Shown here: piece after piece, positions 20,199 to 31,519 of the stretch
Position numbering within the stretch: the stretch's first letter is position 1
How the letters are laid out: each line of letters begins with the position of its first letter
Origin: an uncultured Blastochloridaceae bacterium
GTDB taxonomy: Bacteria > Verrucomicrobiota > Verrucomicrobiia > Methylacidiphilales > JBCBYL01
DNA length: 64,000 nt
Reading direction: 5' to 3'
Assembly (NCBI GenBank): GCA_964351865.1
Contig: CAYGPJ010000008.1
Location: forward strand, 34,853 to 98,852
Translations under genes and position numbers: made by a program
Notes under the pieces: generated by a model
Seen by the model: only the letters and a program-made list of their open reading frames with translations
Databases searched by the model: none
Told to the model about the DNA's origin: nothing

Positions 20199-20579
20199 AT
20201 GGCTGACTTAGATAAACTGACAGAAGACCTAAGCTCATTAACCGTTCTTGAAGCGGCTGAGCTGGTTAAAACACTTGAAGAAAAATGGGGCGTCAGCGCT
20301 GCTGCTCCCGTAGCTGTTGCAGCCGCTGGCGGTGCCGCTGGTGGAGATGCACCTGCTGCTGAGAAGGATTCCTTTGATGTAATCCTGACCGGTGCTGGAA
20401 GCAACAAGATCGCCGTCATTAAAGAAGTTCGCGGCATTGTCGAAGGACTTGGCCTTGCAGAAGCTAAAGCACTTGTTGAAGGTGCTCCAAAGCCTCTCAA
20501 AGAAGGCGCGACCAAGGAAGAGGCAGAAGAGATCAAGAAAAAGATCGAAGCTACCGGCGCCACAGTCGAGATCAAATAA
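20199..20579 (+). CDS. rplL: 50S ribosomal protein L7/L12
   Basis: 126 aa. Ala-rich hinge and C-terminal [39 protein letters not shown]. Confidence 0.97.
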   Translation: MADLDKLTEDLSSLTVLEAAELVKTLEEKWGVSAAAPVAVAAAGGAAGGDAPAAEKDSFDVILTGAGSNKIAVIKEVRGIVEGLGLAEAKALVEGAPKPLKEGATKEEAEEIKKKIEATGATVEIK

Positions 20580-20610
20580 CTTTACTAGATTAAAGTTTGA
20601 ATATCGGGGT

Positions 20611-20643
20611 GGGGTCATTCCGGCAAATTGCCGGAATGACCTC
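20611..20643 (+). promoter_or_regulatory. strong hairpin in the rplL-rpoB spacer (attenuator/processing-site candidate)
   Basis: ggtcattccggca-aat-tgccggaatgacc is a perfect 13-bp stem. No T run follows it (tcggggcccc). Confidence 0.45.
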
Positions 20644-20689
20644 GGGGCCCCAAGGGGTGGAGAATTTAAAATAAACGGACACGGAAAAT

Positions 20690-23600
20690 ATGGCCACAGC
20701 ACAGAAACTAGAGCGAATAAACTTCGGAAAAATAAAAGACGCATTGGATATCCCGAATCTGATAGAAGTCCAGATGCGCTCCTATCGCGAGTTCCTGCAA
20801 CACGGGGTGAACCCTTCTAAGCGCAAGAGCGAAGGCCTGCAGGCAGTATTCTCAGAAGTATTTCCGATTGAAAGTTACGATGAAAAAATCAAACTTGATT
20901 TTAAAGAGTTCGAAATTGAAGCAGACACGCAGTCTGCATTGGAAGCACTGCGCGAAGGCGAAACCTATGCCGCACCACTGTATGTAACCTTCCGTCTCGA
21001 TAACGAAGGCAGCATCATGGAAGAGCGGGTCTACATGGGCGAACTGCCAATGATGACCGACCGTGGAACTTTCATCGTCAATGGCGCTGAACGTGTCGTC
21101 GTCAGCCAGTTGCATCGCTCACCTGGAATTTGTTTTGAATCCAGCATTCATGCCAATGGCAAAACCCTTTACTCTTTCCGCATTATCCCGGATCGCGGAT
21201 CATGGCTCGAAGTCGCCTTTGATACCAGTGACCTGCTGTGGGTTCACCTCGATCGTCGTAAGCGTCGTCGTAAATTCCTGATCACTACCTTCTTGCGTGC
21301 GCTTGGATTCAGCACCAACGAAGATATTGTATCGCAGTTTTATCAGATCGATACACTCCCGTTGCAAGACAACATGGATGAAAACGTGATCAGCACCAAA
21401 GTGTTGATCAATGAAATCCGTGATGATGCGAATGAAGATCTGGTGGTGGCACGTGCCTATGAGCCGTTGACTAAAACCGTTATTCGCCAATTACTTGATC
21501 TGGGGATCTCTGAAGTGGATGTTGTTGATATCGAAAATGACGACACCATCATTCGCTGCCTCAAGAAAGATCCGACTCGCAATACCGAAGAAGCACTGAA
21601 AGAAATCTACCGCAAACTGCGCCCTGGCGATCCTCCTACCGTTACCAACGCGAAAGCTTTGCTCAAGCGTCTCTTCTTTGATCCGAAACGCTATGACATC
21701 GGACGTGTTGGCCGTTACAAGATCAATCAGAAACTGACACTGGATATTGATATTGATACTCGCACTTTGGTGAATGATGACATTGTGGCTTCTACCAGTT
21801 ATGTGATTAACCTGCGTCAGGGTGAAGGTAGCACGGACGATATTGACCATCTCGGCAGCCGTCGTGTACGTGCCGTCGGTGAATTGTTGGCGAACCAGTG
21901 CCGCACTGGTCTGGCCCGCACCGAGCGCCTGGTCAAAGAGCGGATGACTCTCTTTGATGTGAACACAGAAGGGATGACCCCGCAGAAGCTGATCAACCCG
22001 AAAGCACTCTCTGCGGTGATTCGTGACTTCTTTGGTCGCAGCCAGCTCTCTCAATTGATGGATCAGACGAACCCGCTTTCAGAAGTGACTCATAAACGAC
22101 GTCTCTCCGCGCTTGGACCGGGTGGTCTTAGCCGTGATCGTGCCGGCTTCGAAGTGCGTGATGTTCATGCATCTCACTACGGTCGTATCTGCCCGATTGA
22201 AACGCCGGAAGGACCGAACATTGGTTTGATTTCCAGTATGTCGTCGTTCTCTCAGATTAATGAATTTGGATTCCTCGAAACTCCTTACCGCAAGGTGTCT
22301 GGTGGCAAGGTGTCCGTTGATCTGGACTATTTGACCGCGGATCAGGACGAACATTTCGTTATTGCTCAGGCGAATGCACCGATCGATGAAAATGGTAAGT
22401 TCACTAACCCAACCGTCTCCGTTCGTTACAAAGGTGAATTCTTAGAAGTGGAACCGGATAAAGTCCAATACATGGACGTATCGCCCAAGCAGTTGGTTTC
22501 GGTCGCAGCTGGGCTGATTCCGTTTTTGGAGCATGATGATGCAAACCGTGCGCTGATGGGATCGAACATGCAACGCCAGGGCGTTCCTTTGATCCAGACG
22601 GATTCTCCGCTGGTAGGCACCGGAATGGAAGCTGTCGTGGCACGTGATTCCAAAGCAGTTGTCGTCGCAGACGGCAGCGGTATTGCTGCCTCGGTAACCG
22701 CCAATGAAATCATCATCACCAAGGACGGAACTCTACCCGAAGGTAAGCGCAAAGTGGTGAACGATCCGGAAAACGGCATTTATGTTTACAGCCTGCGCAA
22801 GTTCATGCGATCGAATGCAGGAACTTGTGTCAACCAGAAGCCTATCGTCAATCGTGGGGATAAGATTTCCAAAGGCGATGTGATTGCTGATGGTCCGTGC
22901 ACCGACAATGGAGAACTGGCACTGGGTAAAAACGTGCTGGTGGCCTTCATGCCTTGGAACGGTTACAACTTTGAGGATGCGATCATCCTCAGCGAACGTA
23001 TCGTGAAGGATGATGTTTACACCTCGATTCACATCGATGAATTCGAAATCTCTGCGCGTGATACCAAGCTGGGCCCTGAAGAAATTACTCGTGATATCCC
23101 GAATGTAGGGGATGAAGCACTCAAGAATCTGGGACCTGATGGTGTGGTTCGTATCGGTGCGGAAGTTGGACCGGGAGATATTCTGGTCGGTAAAATTACA
23201 CCGAAGAGTGAAACGGAGCTGGCTCCTGAAGAACGCTTATTGCGCGCTATCTTTGGCGAAAAAGCAGCCGATGTTAAGGATTCCTCACTGGTGGTTCCTT
23301 CCGGAACCTACGGAATTGTGATGGACGTCAAGGTGACAGGTGGGAATGCGAAAGCAGATGCCTCTGTCAAGCTGAGCCCTGCTGAAGCCAAGCGCCAGTC
23401 CAAGCAGATCAACGACCGCTTTGAAAAGCGTAAGAATGAGCTGACCGAAGAATTGACTCAGTCGCTTTCGAATATTCTGCTGAATGAGAAGATTCCTTTG
23501 GATGTCGTCAACGCAGAAACCGGTGAAATTATCATTCCGGCTAACCGTAAAATTACTAAAACCTTGCTGCGTAAAATGGCGGCGGTTTACGACCACATTG

Positions 23601-24523
23601 AAATTGATCCGAGTCCGATTCGCATCAAGATCCGTGAAATTATCGGTTCTTTCGAAAACAAGTTCCAGCAACTTGAAAATGAGAAGGCGATTGAAATGGA
23701 TCGTGTGGAATCCGGTGACGATATCGATCCGGGGATCATCAAGCAGGTGAAAGTATTTGTCGCTTCCAAGCGCAAGATGCAGGTAGGAGATAAGATGGCA
23801 GGTCGTCATGGAAACAAGGGGGTTGTCTCCGCTGTGGTTCCAGAAGCAGACATGCCCTTCATGCCGGACGGAACTCCGGTTGACATTATCCTGAACCCAC
23901 TGGGTGTTCCTTCTCGAATGAATGTGGGCCAGGTATTGGAAACTCACCTTGGAATTGCTGCCAAAATGCTCGGATTTAAAGTAGCGACTCCGGTCTTCGA
24001 CGGTATTCCAGAAGCTAGAATTCGTGAATATCTCACCGAAGCGGGTCTCGCGGACGATGGTAAGTCCGTGCTTTACGATGGACGCACGGGCGACAAGTTC
24101 GATCAGCGCGTTGTGGTAGGGCAGGTTTACATGCTGAAACTGGGTCACATGGTGGCCGATAAGATTCACGCACGTGCAGTCGGGCCATACTCGCTCGTCA
24201 CGCAGCAGCCCCTGGGCGGAAAAGCTCAGTATGGTGGTCAGCGTTACGGAGAAATGGAAGTCTGGGCTATGGAAGCCTACGGTGCAGCCTATACCCTGCA
24301 GGAACTGCTCACCGTTAAGTCGGATGACGTTCCCGGACGAACCAAGATTTACGAGAGTATCGTGAAGGGGGATAACTCCCTCTCCGCAGGAACTCCGGAA
24401 TCATTTAATGTTTTAATTAAGGAAATGCAAAGTCTCTGCCTCGATGTAAAAGTAGGAGAGCGACGTGGTGGAAGTAAGCCGGTCTCAGATGAATCTGACG
24501 ATACTGTCATTGAAGCCGCGTAA
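20690..24523 (+). CDS. rpoB: DNA-directed RNA polymerase subunit beta
   Basis: 1277 aa. Contains [38 protein letters not shown] and others. Confidence 0.98.
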   Translation: MATAQKLERINFGKIKDALDIPNLIEVQMRSYREFLQHGVNPSKRKSEGLQAVFSEVFPIESYDEKIKLDFKEFEIEADTQSALEALREGETYAAPLYVTFRLDNEGSIMEERVYMGELPMMTDRGTFIVNGAERVVVSQLHRSPGICFESSIHANGKTLYSFRIIPDRGSWLEVAFDTSDLLWVHLDRRKRRRKFLITTFLRALGFSTNEDIVSQFYQIDTLPLQDNMDENVISTKVLINEIRDDANEDLVVARAYEPLTKTVIRQLLDLGISEVDVVDIENDDTIIRCLKKDPTRNTEEALKEIYRKLRPGDPPTVTNAKALLKRLFFDPKRYDIGRVGRYKINQKLTLDIDIDTRTLVNDDIVASTSYVINLRQGEGSTDDIDHLGSRRVRAVGELLANQCRTGLARTERLVKERMTLFDVNTEGMTPQKLINPKALSAVIRDFFGRSQLSQLMDQTNPLSEVTHKRRLSALGPGGLSRDRAGFEVRDVHASHYGRICPIETPEGPNIGLISSMSSFSQINEFGFLETPYRKVSGGKVSVDLDYLTADQDEHFVIAQANAPIDENGKFTNPTVSVRYKGEFLEVEPDKVQYMDVSPKQLVSVAAGLIPFLEHDDANRALMGSNMQRQGVPLIQTDSPLVGTGMEAVVARDSKAVVVADGSGIAASVTANEIIITKDGTLPEGKRKVVNDPENGIYVYSLRKFMRSNAGTCVNQKPIVNRGDKISKGDVIADGPCTDNGELALGKNVLVAFMPWNGYNFEDAIILSERIVKDDVYTSIHIDEFEISARDTKLGPEEITRDIPNVGDEALKNLGPDGVVRIGAEVGPGDILVGKITPKSETELAPEERLLRAIFGEKAADVKDSSLVVPSGTYGIVMDVKVTGGNAKADASVKLSPAEAKRQSKQINDRFEKRKNELTEELTQSLSNILLNEKIPLDVVNAETGEIIIPANRKITKTLLRKMAAVYDHIEIDPSPIRIKIREIIGSFENKFQQLENEKAIEMDRVESGDDIDPGIIKQVKVFVASKRKMQVGDKMAGRHGNKGVVSAVVPEADMPFMPDGTPVDIILNPLGVPSRMNVGQVLETHLGIAAKMLGFKVATPVFDGIPEARIREYLTEAGLADDGKSVLYDGRTGDKFDQRVVVGQVYMLKLGHMVADKIHARAVGPYSLVTQQPLGGKAQYGGQRYGEMEVWAMEAYGAAYTLQELLTVKSDDVPGRTKIYESIVKGDNSLSAGTPESFNVLIKEMQSLCLDVKVGERRGGSKPVSDESDDTVIEAA

Positions 24524-24544
24524 CCCGAACCTGGAAATATAGAT

Positions 24545-27500
24545 ATGAGCACAGATACCCAAATGGCACGTGAAATCCTGGGAGCCGAAAAATCAATCGG
24601 TTTCGATCAGGTAGGCATTTCCATCGCATCACCGGACATCATTCTTTCCTGGTCACGGGGCGAGGTGAAAAATCCTGAAACGATTAACTACAGAACTTTT
24701 AAACCTGAATTTGGCGGACTTTTTTGTCAGCGGATATTCGGACCCGTAAAAGATTACGAATGTGCCTGTGGAAAATACAAGCGCATCAAGTATAAAGGTG
24801 TCATTTGTGACCGTTGTGGCGTTGAAGTTACTATCGCTCGTGTTCGTCGTGAGCGCATGGGTCACATCGAGTTGGCGGTGCCGGTTTCACACATTTGGTT
24901 CTACAAATGTATGCCTTCCCGCATCGGTCTGATGATCGACATGACAGCGCGTGAGCTGGAGCGTGTGATTTACTACGAAGATTATTTGGTTATCGATCCA
25001 GGTGATACCGCATTGGAAGCACGCCAACTGCTGAGTGAAGTGGAGTTCCGCGAAGCTCAGGATCAATATGGTGACGATGCCTTTATCGCTAAGATGGGTG
25101 CCGAAGCCGTGCGTGATTACCTCAAGCGCCTCGACCTCGCAGAAACAATCGTGGAACTGGAAGAAGCTTTGGAAACCACCCGCAGTAAGCAGGTGAAGAA
25201 AAAGCTGGCGAAACGCCTCAAACTGGTGACCGGTTTCCTGACTTCTCGTACCCGTCCAGAATGGATGATTCTTGAAACGCTACCGGTGATTCCTCCCGAT
25301 TTACGTCCGCTGGTGCCGCTCGAAGGCGGCCGCTTTGCTACGTCGGATTTGAATGACCTTTATCGTCGCGTCATCAACCGCAACAATCGTCTCAAGACCT
25401 TGCTGCAGCTCAAGACGCCTGAAGTCATTATTCGTAATGAGAAGCGTATGTTGCAGGAAGCTGTTGATGCGTTGCTTGACAACGGACGTCATGGACGTGC
25501 CGTCACTGGTGCTGGTAACCGTCCGCTCAAGTCCCTTTCAGATATGTTGAAAGGAAAGACCGGACGTTTCCGCATGAACTTGCTCGGTAAGCGTGTGGAT
25601 TACTCCGGACGTTCGGTGATCGTGGTCGGCCCTGAGTTGAAACTGTCTCAGTGCGGCTTGCCTAAGAAAATGGCTTTGGTTCTGTTTGAGCCGTTCATCA
25701 TTCGCCGTTTGAAAGAAATGGGCTACGTGCACACCGTGCGTAGTGCGAAGAAGATGATCGAACGCCGTGAGCCAATCGTATGGGATATTCTGGAAGAAGT
25801 AACTGAGGGGCATCCGGTTCTGCTAAACCGTGCCCCGACATTGCACCGTCTGTCTGTGCAGGCTTTTGAGCCAGTTCTGATCGAAGGGGAAGCCATTCGT
25901 GTGCACCCGCTGGTCTGTAAAGCTTACAACGCTGACTTCGATGGAGATCAGATGGCGGTTCACGTGCCACTATCAGTCGAGGCGCAGCTCGAAGCCCGCG
26001 TTTTCATGCTGGCTCCCAATAATATTTTCGGACCGTCCGATGGGAAGCCAATCACTAAAGCAACCCAGGATATTACCTTGGGCTGTGCTTACATGACTCA
26101 GGATTCGCGCACAGCGGGTAATGATAACAAGCGCAAGCCATTGATGGGGAGCACCGAAGAGGTCGTTTTCGCATACGAAGAAGGCGTCGTTGCGATCCAT
26201 GATCCAGTTCTTTTGAAGAATCCGGATTATGGAATCGATACCATTTTCGGTAACAAGAGTGACAAATTGATTGAAACGACACCAGGCCGTGTGATGTTTA
26301 ATGAAATCTGGCCGCAGGAGAAAGGCATCGGATTCTTTAACAAGATGGCTGGCGACAAGCAGTTAGGTGAAATCGTTCATCGTTGCTACCAGACGAGTGG
26401 CCATGACCGTACCATTACGGTTCTGGATGACCTCAAGCGTCTTGGATTCCGCTTTGCCACTAAGGCAGGGATCTCTATGGGAATCGATGACATGATCATT
26501 CCGGAAGAGAAGAAGCATATTGTTGAAAATGCACGCACACAGGTAGCGACCGTTGAAAAACAATACCGCATGGGTGCGATCACCGATGGTGAGCGTTACA
26601 ACAAAATCGTTGATATCTGGACTCAAGCCACTGATGAAGTATCCGGTGTGATGTTCAGCACGCTGCGTCAGAATAAGGGACGTGATGAAATCAACCCGGT
26701 CTTCCTGATGGTAGACTCAGGTGCTCGTGGTAACCGAAATCAGGTGCGCCAGCTTGCTGGTATGCGTGGTTTGATGGCTAAACCTTCTGGTGAAATTATT
26801 GAACGTCCGATTCTGGCGAGCTTCCGTGAAGGTCTCTCCGTATTGGAATACTTCATTAGTTCACACGGTGCTCGTAAAGGTCTGGCCGATACGGCACTTA
26901 AGACCGCTGACTCTGGTTACATGACTCGGAAGCTGGTTGACGTAGCGCATGATGTGATCGTTACCGAAGAGGATTGCGGAACCGTTAAGGGGATCTGGAT
27001 GAAAGCGGTTTATGAGGGTGAAGACGAAATCGTCAGCCTGGCCGCCCGTATCATGGGACGTGTGTCTTGTGATGATGTAGTCGATCCAGTCAGCGGTAAT
27101 GTGGTCATTGCCTCCAACGAGGTCATCGATGAAGAAAAAGCATTAGCAGTAGAGGCCCTCGGGCAAGAGCGCGTTCGCGTTCGCTCAGTTCTGACTTGTG
27201 AAACCAAGCGTGGCATCTGTGCTAAATGTTACGGTGTCAATCTGGCTTCCAATAAATATGTTCAGTTCGGTGAATCGGTCGGCATTATTGCTGCTCAGAG
27301 TATCGGGGAACCGGGTACCCAGTTGACGATGCGAACCTTCCACATCGGTGGAACGGCTTCTTCGGTCTTTAAACAGCCACAGATTAAGTCACGTAACGCG
27401 GGTATCGTTAAATATAACGAACTGCGGGTGGTTAAGTCTCAGGATGGAAACAATGTGGTATTGAATAAGACCGGCCAAATCAGTATTCATGCTGAAGATG

Positions 27501-28729
27501 GACGTGAACTTGAAAAATACAACGTAGTCATCGGATCGACCATTACGGTAGAAGATGGCGCTCCCGTGAAGAAAGACCAGGTCTTCGTTGAATGGGATCC
27601 GTATAACGTTTCTATTCTGACTGAAAAGAAGGGTAAGATCGAATTCCGCGATATTATCGAAGGTGTGACGATGAAGCGTCAGATCGATGAAGCGACTAAG
27701 CAGGTGGAAACCGTTGTTATTGATCACAAGGAAGATCTTCATCCTCAGATTGTAATTGTTTCTGACGAAGGTGAACCACTGGCTGCTTATAGTATTCCTT
27801 CCGGAGCCCACATCGAAGTGAAAGAAGGCAAGAAAGTTCAGGCGGGAGAACGCTTGGCTAAAACGCCTCGTAAAGTTTCTAAAACCAAGGACATTACCGG
27901 GGGTCTGCCTCGTGTTGCCGAGCTCTTTGAAGCACGCCGTCCGAAGGATGCTGCCGAAATCGCTAAGATTGACGGTGAAATCAGCATCGGGGGAACCTCA
28001 CGTGGTAAACGACTGATTGCCATCAAGGACAAGGAAACCGGCCTGGAAGAAGAACACCAGATTCCGTTATCCAAGCATTTGATTGTTTATCAGGGAGATA
28101 CCGTAAAGAAAGGTCAACAGTTGACTGAAGGTCCGGTCGTTCCTCATGAAATTCTTGAGGTCTGCGGACCACAGGAACTGCAGGAATACCTGGTGAATGA
28201 AATTCAGGAAGTTTATCGCCTACAGGGTGTAGAAATTAATGATAAGCACGTGGAAACGATCGTGCGTCAGATGCTGCGTAAGGTGAAGATCACCGAGCCT
28301 GGTGATACCCAATTCCTATGGGGTGAACAGATTGACCGCCTGACTTTCGAGCAAGAAAATCGGAGTGTGGCACAAAAAGGTGGTAAACCTGCGGAAGCAA
28401 CACCGATTCTGTTGGGAATCACTAAAGCATCGCTTGAGACCGAAAGCTTTATCTCTGCCGCATCTTTCCAGGACACCACTCGGGTGCTGACTGATGCTGC
28501 GACATTGGGTAAGGTAGATCATCTGCGTGGCTTTAAGGAAAACGTCATCATGGGCCATCTGATTCCTGCTGGAACTGGATTCCCGATCTATAAGAACATT
28601 CGATTGGTGCAAAAGGGTGAACCCGTTGGGGAACCACTGGTCGGTCAAGAGAATGAGGGTAAAGAAGACGGTGAAAACTCCTCTACCGAGAGAGTGGCAC
28701 TTGAGATTCCAGATGCACTTGCGGGCTAA
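24545..28729 (+). CDS. rpoC: DNA-directed RNA polymerase subunit beta'
   Basis: 1394 aa. Zn-finger [20 protein letters not shown] and catalytic [15 protein letters not shown]. Confidence 0.98.
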   Translation: MSTDTQMAREILGAEKSIGFDQVGISIASPDIILSWSRGEVKNPETINYRTFKPEFGGLFCQRIFGPVKDYECACGKYKRIKYKGVICDRCGVEVTIARVRRERMGHIELAVPVSHIWFYKCMPSRIGLMIDMTARELERVIYYEDYLVIDPGDTALEARQLLSEVEFREAQDQYGDDAFIAKMGAEAVRDYLKRLDLAETIVELEEALETTRSKQVKKKLAKRLKLVTGFLTSRTRPEWMILETLPVIPPDLRPLVPLEGGRFATSDLNDLYRRVINRNNRLKTLLQLKTPEVIIRNEKRMLQEAVDALLDNGRHGRAVTGAGNRPLKSLSDMLKGKTGRFRMNLLGKRVDYSGRSVIVVGPELKLSQCGLPKKMALVLFEPFIIRRLKEMGYVHTVRSAKKMIERREPIVWDILEEVTEGHPVLLNRAPTLHRLSVQAFEPVLIEGEAIRVHPLVCKAYNADFDGDQMAVHVPLSVEAQLEARVFMLAPNNIFGPSDGKPITKATQDITLGCAYMTQDSRTAGNDNKRKPLMGSTEEVVFAYEEGVVAIHDPVLLKNPDYGIDTIFGNKSDKLIETTPGRVMFNEIWPQEKGIGFFNKMAGDKQLGEIVHRCYQTSGHDRTITVLDDLKRLGFRFATKAGISMGIDDMIIPEEKKHIVENARTQVATVEKQYRMGAITDGERYNKIVDIWTQATDEVSGVMFSTLRQNKGRDEINPVFLMVDSGARGNRNQVRQLAGMRGLMAKPSGEIIERPILASFREGLSVLEYFISSHGARKGLADTALKTADSGYMTRKLVDVAHDVIVTEEDCGTVKGIWMKAVYEGEDEIVSLAARIMGRVSCDDVVDPVSGNVVIASNEVIDEEKALAVEALGQERVRVRSVLTCETKRGICAKCYGVNLASNKYVQFGESVGIIAAQSIGEPGTQLTMRTFHIGGTASSVFKQPQIKSRNAGIVKYNELRVVKSQDGNNVVLNKTGQISIHAEDGRELEKYNVVIGSTITVEDGAPVKKDQVFVEWDPYNVSILTEKKGKIEFRDIIEGVTMKRQIDEATKQVETVVIDHKEDLHPQIVIVSDEGEPLAAYSIPSGAHIEVKEGKKVQAGERLAKTPRKVSKTKDITGGLPRVAELFEARRPKDAAEIAKIDGEISIGGTSRGKRLIAIKDKETGLEEEHQIPLSKHLIVYQGDTVKKGQQLTEGPVVPHEILEVCGPQELQEYLVNEIQEVYRLQGVEINDKHVETIVRQMLRKVKITEPGDTQFLWGEQIDRLTFEQENRSVAQKGGKPAEATPILLGITKASLETESFISAASFQDTTRVLTDAATLGKVDHLRGFKENVIMGHLIPAGTGFPIYKNIRLVQKGEPVGEPLVGQENEGKEDGENSSTERVALEIPDALAG

Positions 28730-28760
28730 CCAGCGGTAGGTTCACATCTAAAAACTTAAA

Positions 28761-28794
28761 AAACCCGCTCGACATATATCGAGCGGGTTTTTTG
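28761..28794 (+). terminator. rho-independent terminator after rpoC
   Basis: cccgctcga-catata-tcgagcggg is a 9-bp GC-rich stem followed by tttttt. Confidence 0.8.
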
Positions 28795-28923
28795 TAGAGT
28801 AAAATATGCATGGCAACTTAGAGCGTTTCCGAATTAAGTTGTCACGCGGTGACCTGAAGAAAATAAATGTAGGGTAAGATTGCATCTTGCCGGTATGGAA
28901 TTTGGCGAGATAGAAGCTTTAGG

Positions 28924-29054
28924 CTAGTAGTTCATGTCACATGATATGGCGGGAACTGTAGGCCGAGATTGCATCTCGGCTCCTTTTAAACTGTCGAGAT
29001 GAAATCTCGACCTACATTTTTAAACCCGTCATATCACGTGTCACAGACAACTAG
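28924..29054. repeat. 131-bp copy of the CTAG-ended palindromic MITE/REP-like element
   Basis: ctagtagttcatgtcacatgatatggcgggaactgtaggccgagattgcatctcggc ... gtcgagatgaaatctcgacctac ... cccgtcatatcacgtgtcacagacaactag. It has terminal inverted repeats and two internal hairpins. Degenerate extra units flank it at about 28869-28892 and 29059-29130. Confidence 0.8.
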
Positions 29055-29167
29055 GCCTAAACTAAACAAGTTAGAAATACATGCTGCCCGCACTGCGTGT
29101 TTAGTTTTCTCGCCCTACATGTTAAAACATCATTCGGAAATGCTCTAAGTGGATTGAGGAAGGTGGA

Positions 29168-30196
29168 TTATGACGAGTCCTTAGGAGGATAGGCAATAGT
29201 CTGACTACTTTTTTTCTTCAGGCTTTCAATGATTTCCAGGCGACGTTCTTCCAGTCCTAATTGGGTCGCGGCATCAGATATAAATTTGACCGAAGATAGG
29301 AATCCGATTCGTTCATCGAAGCTGAGGCTTCTGCCTTTTTTCCATTCCACGGATAACAAGTCACTCAACAATTCATTGTATGTTTCACTAAAGCATGAAA
29401 AGAGGATGTCCGCTTCTGTCAGGATCAGGCATTGTGCCGCTAGCATCATTGCTTCGGAATCGTTGGCCTCGCCGGATTCTTTAAGGTGGGAGTAGTTTTC
29501 CCGAACTACGGGAACTCCGTTCATGAAGTCGGTTGCCAGAATCATCTGACCGATGCGCTCAATCTGCTCTGGGGTCATCCCGGCTTCTACCATCACGGGG
29601 TATCCGATTTCGTAAGAACGGGTTTCCAGTGCGTAAGGGTGTTCGTTGACGCCTCCGGTGTGGCCAAGGTCATGTGCGGCTGCGGCAATAACCAGTTCAG
29701 CCAGGCGATCGTTGGGTAAGTGCTCGCGAAGCCCCAGGCTAAAGGCAGCGAGTATCACCTCGGTAATGTGCTGAGGATTGTGATAAGTGGGTTGGTCTGC
29801 AAGCTCTCCAGCTAATACACTGATATCATTGGCGGCTCTGCCGAAAACGGTGGATTCATCGTAATTTAACTTCTGCATCAGAATCGGGGTGATCATTTCC
29901 GGTTCTGCGCCGCTTTGCCGTAGTAAGTGTGCTTCTTCCACGATAGCGTCGAGTAGCTGGCTGGGACTGGTGATCGGACTACTTTTAGGGTAAACAGGTG
30001 GAGCTTTGCCTTTGGATTCATGAATAGAGTGGACTACCTTTTTAAGATCAATAATGCAGGTAGGACTGAATTCGGGATCGAAATTCATCTTGGGCGCAGG
30101 CTTGGGCACAGGGCGCTCCGGGACCTGTGGTGTCTCCGGAGGCGGCTCTACAGGCGTCTCAGGAACTTCCTCTTTCTTTGATTTTCTGCCAAACAT
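29168..30196 (-). CDS. HD-superfamily protein with class I 3',5'-cyclic-nucleotide-phosphodiesterase-like motifs and a Pro-rich N-terminus
   Basis: 342 aa. Contains YHNPQHITEV, AAAAHDLGHTGGVNE (compare the PDEase_I signature HD-[LIVMFY]-x-H-x-[AG]-x2-[NQ]) and MILATDF (compare the ATDM motif). The N-terminus EVPETPVEPPPETPQVPERPVPKPAPK is low-complexity. Confidence 0.6.
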   Translation of the reverse strand: MFGRKSKKEEVPETPVEPPPETPQVPERPVPKPAPKMNFDPEFSPTCIIDLKKVVHSIHESKGKAPPVYPKSSPITSPSQLLDAIVEEAHLLRQSGAEPEMITPILMQKLNYDESTVFGRAANDISVLAGELADQPTYHNPQHITEVILAAFSLGLREHLPNDRLAELVIAAAAHDLGHTGGVNEHPYALETRSYEIGYPVMVEAGMTPEQIERIGQMILATDFMNGVPVVRENYSHLKESGEANDSEAMMLAAQCLILTEADILFSCFSETYNELLSDLLSVEWKKGRSLSFDERIGFLSSVKFISDAATQLGLEERRLEIIESLKKKSSQTIAYPPKDSS

Positions 30197-30362
30197 TAGC
30201 TCAAAATATATATGATCAAAAGAGCGGTAACCTATAGCCTATCCCGCCCCGCAATCATTTAAACGTACATCAGTGTAAAAACCAACTATTTGTTTCGGGA
30301 TAATCAAGAGGTATGGGTTGGTCGTTAATCAAAAAAAATATGATAAAAATGAAGTTTTCCCC

Positions 30363-30390
30363 TTGCATCTAAAATAAAATTCTATAGAAC
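30363..30390 (+). promoter_or_regulatory. candidate promoter of the rpsL (str-S10-spc) super-operon
   Basis: TTGCAT (30363-30368), a 16-nt spacer, then TAGAAC (30385-30390). The A-tract aatcaaaaaaaatatgataaaaat lies upstream (30327-30350). The layout parallels the promoter at 15642. Confidence 0.35.
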
Positions 30391-30505
30391 ACTTATCCCT
30401 TTGTCATCTTAGTGGTGGTAAAGGGGGATGTAGTAATAGCGTGTGACGGCACTGGTTTTACCGTTGTCGTCCTCCATGCGATGAGGCCTTGAATGCAAGG
30501 CTCCA

Positions 30506-30546
30506 AGCACGTATGGACTTATTCCTACGTGCTTTTTTTATTTTTA
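30506..30546 (+). promoter_or_regulatory. intrinsic-terminator-like hairpin in the rpsL leader (attenuator candidate)
   Basis: agcacgta-N12-tacgtgct is an 8-bp stem followed by tttttttattttt. It ends about 40 nt before the rpsL ATG. Confidence 0.5.
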
Positions 30547-30584
30547 AACGAAAAACGAGAACAGAATTAAAGAGTCAAATAATT

Positions 30585-30989
30585 ATGCCAACGATTAACC
30601 AACTGGTAAAAAAAGGCCGCAAGCCGATTAAGAAGAAGACCAAGTCACCTGCTTTGGCAGACTGTCCGCAGCGCCGAGGCGTTTGTGTGCAGGTCATGAC
30701 CAGAACCCCTAAGAAGCCGAACTCCGCTTTGCGTAAGGTCGCTAAGGTTCGTCTGACTAATGGCCATGAAATCATCGCATACATTATGGGTGAAGGGCAC
30801 AACCTGCAGGAGCACTCCATCGTTCTCGTTCGCGGTGGCCGTGTCAAAGATTTACCAGGTGTCCGGTATCACATCGTTCGTGGTGCCCTTGATACCCTCG
30901 GAGCCTCCGGTCCAAGTAACACCAACAAATTACCCCGTAACGTATCCCGTAGTAAATACGGTGTTAAAAAGCCTAAGGGCGATAAATAA
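30585..30989 (+). CDS. rpsL: 30S ribosomal protein S12
   Basis: 134 aa from ATG 30585 ([13 protein letters not shown]...[19 protein letters not shown]). The track ORF start 30489 is upstream leader sequence. Confidence 0.97.
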   Translation: MPTINQLVKKGRKPIKKKTKSPALADCPQRRGVCVQVMTRTPKKPNSALRKVAKVRLTNGHEIIAYIMGEGHNLQEHSIVLVRGGRVKDLPGVRYHIVRGALDTLGASGPSNTNKLPRNVSRSKYGVKKPKGDK

Positions 30990-31013
30990 ACCTCATTTTA
31001 GGAAAAATTCATT

Positions 31014-31487
31014 ATGGCACGTCGACGTCGCGCAGCAAAACGCACCATCTCCTCGGATCCAATGTTCGAGAGTCATGTGGTTGCAAAGTTAGTGAACACC
31101 GTTATGAGTGATGGCAAAAAAGCCACTGCTCAGGGCGTAGTGTATGATGCTATTGAGCAGGCAAATGAAAGCTCCACGGACGCTAGTCCGCTGGATGTTC
31201 TCAACAAAGCCATCGATAACGTCAAACCTCGTCTTGAAGTCAAATCCCGCCGTTTGGGTGGGGCGACTTATCAGGTTCCGGTGGAAGTTCCAGTGGAACG
31301 CCAACTTACTCTCGCAATGCGTTGGATGGTAGGAAATGCACGCAGCCGCCGTGGAGTTCCTTTTGCAAAGGCATTGGCAAATGAAATTAAAGAAGCAGCT
31401 GTCGGACAGGGAAACGCCATCAAGAAACGCGATGACGTACACCGTATGGCACAGGCGAACAAAGCCTTTGCTCACCTGCGCTGGTAA
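31014..31487 (+). CDS. rpsG: 30S ribosomal protein S7
   Basis: 157 aa. MARRRRAAKR...GGATYQVPVEV...KAFAHLRW. Confidence 0.97.
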   Translation: MARRRRAAKRTISSDPMFESHVVAKLVNTVMSDGKKATAQGVVYDAIEQANESSTDASPLDVLNKAIDNVKPRLEVKSRRLGGATYQVPVEVPVERQLTLAMRWMVGNARSRRGVPFAKALANEIKEAAVGQGNAIKKRDDVHRMAQANKAFAHLRW

Positions 31488-31519
31488 ACTGAGTTTTTAG
31501 TAACACACTGGATAGAATC

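Noticed and set aside
20165-20820. ORFs overlapping rplL and the rplL-rpoB spacer (20165-20575 minus strand, 20238-20744 minus strand, 20392-20820 plus strand)
   Set aside because: They are kept open by the Ala-rich, GC-rich rplL coding sequence. rplL itself is unambiguous.
23285-24169. 294-aa ORF antisense to rpoB, with many similar antisense ORFs inside rpoB and rpoC
   Set aside because: It lies fully inside a highly conserved gene on the other strand. Its composition is typical of antisense frames (rich in R/H/F/N, with no motifs).
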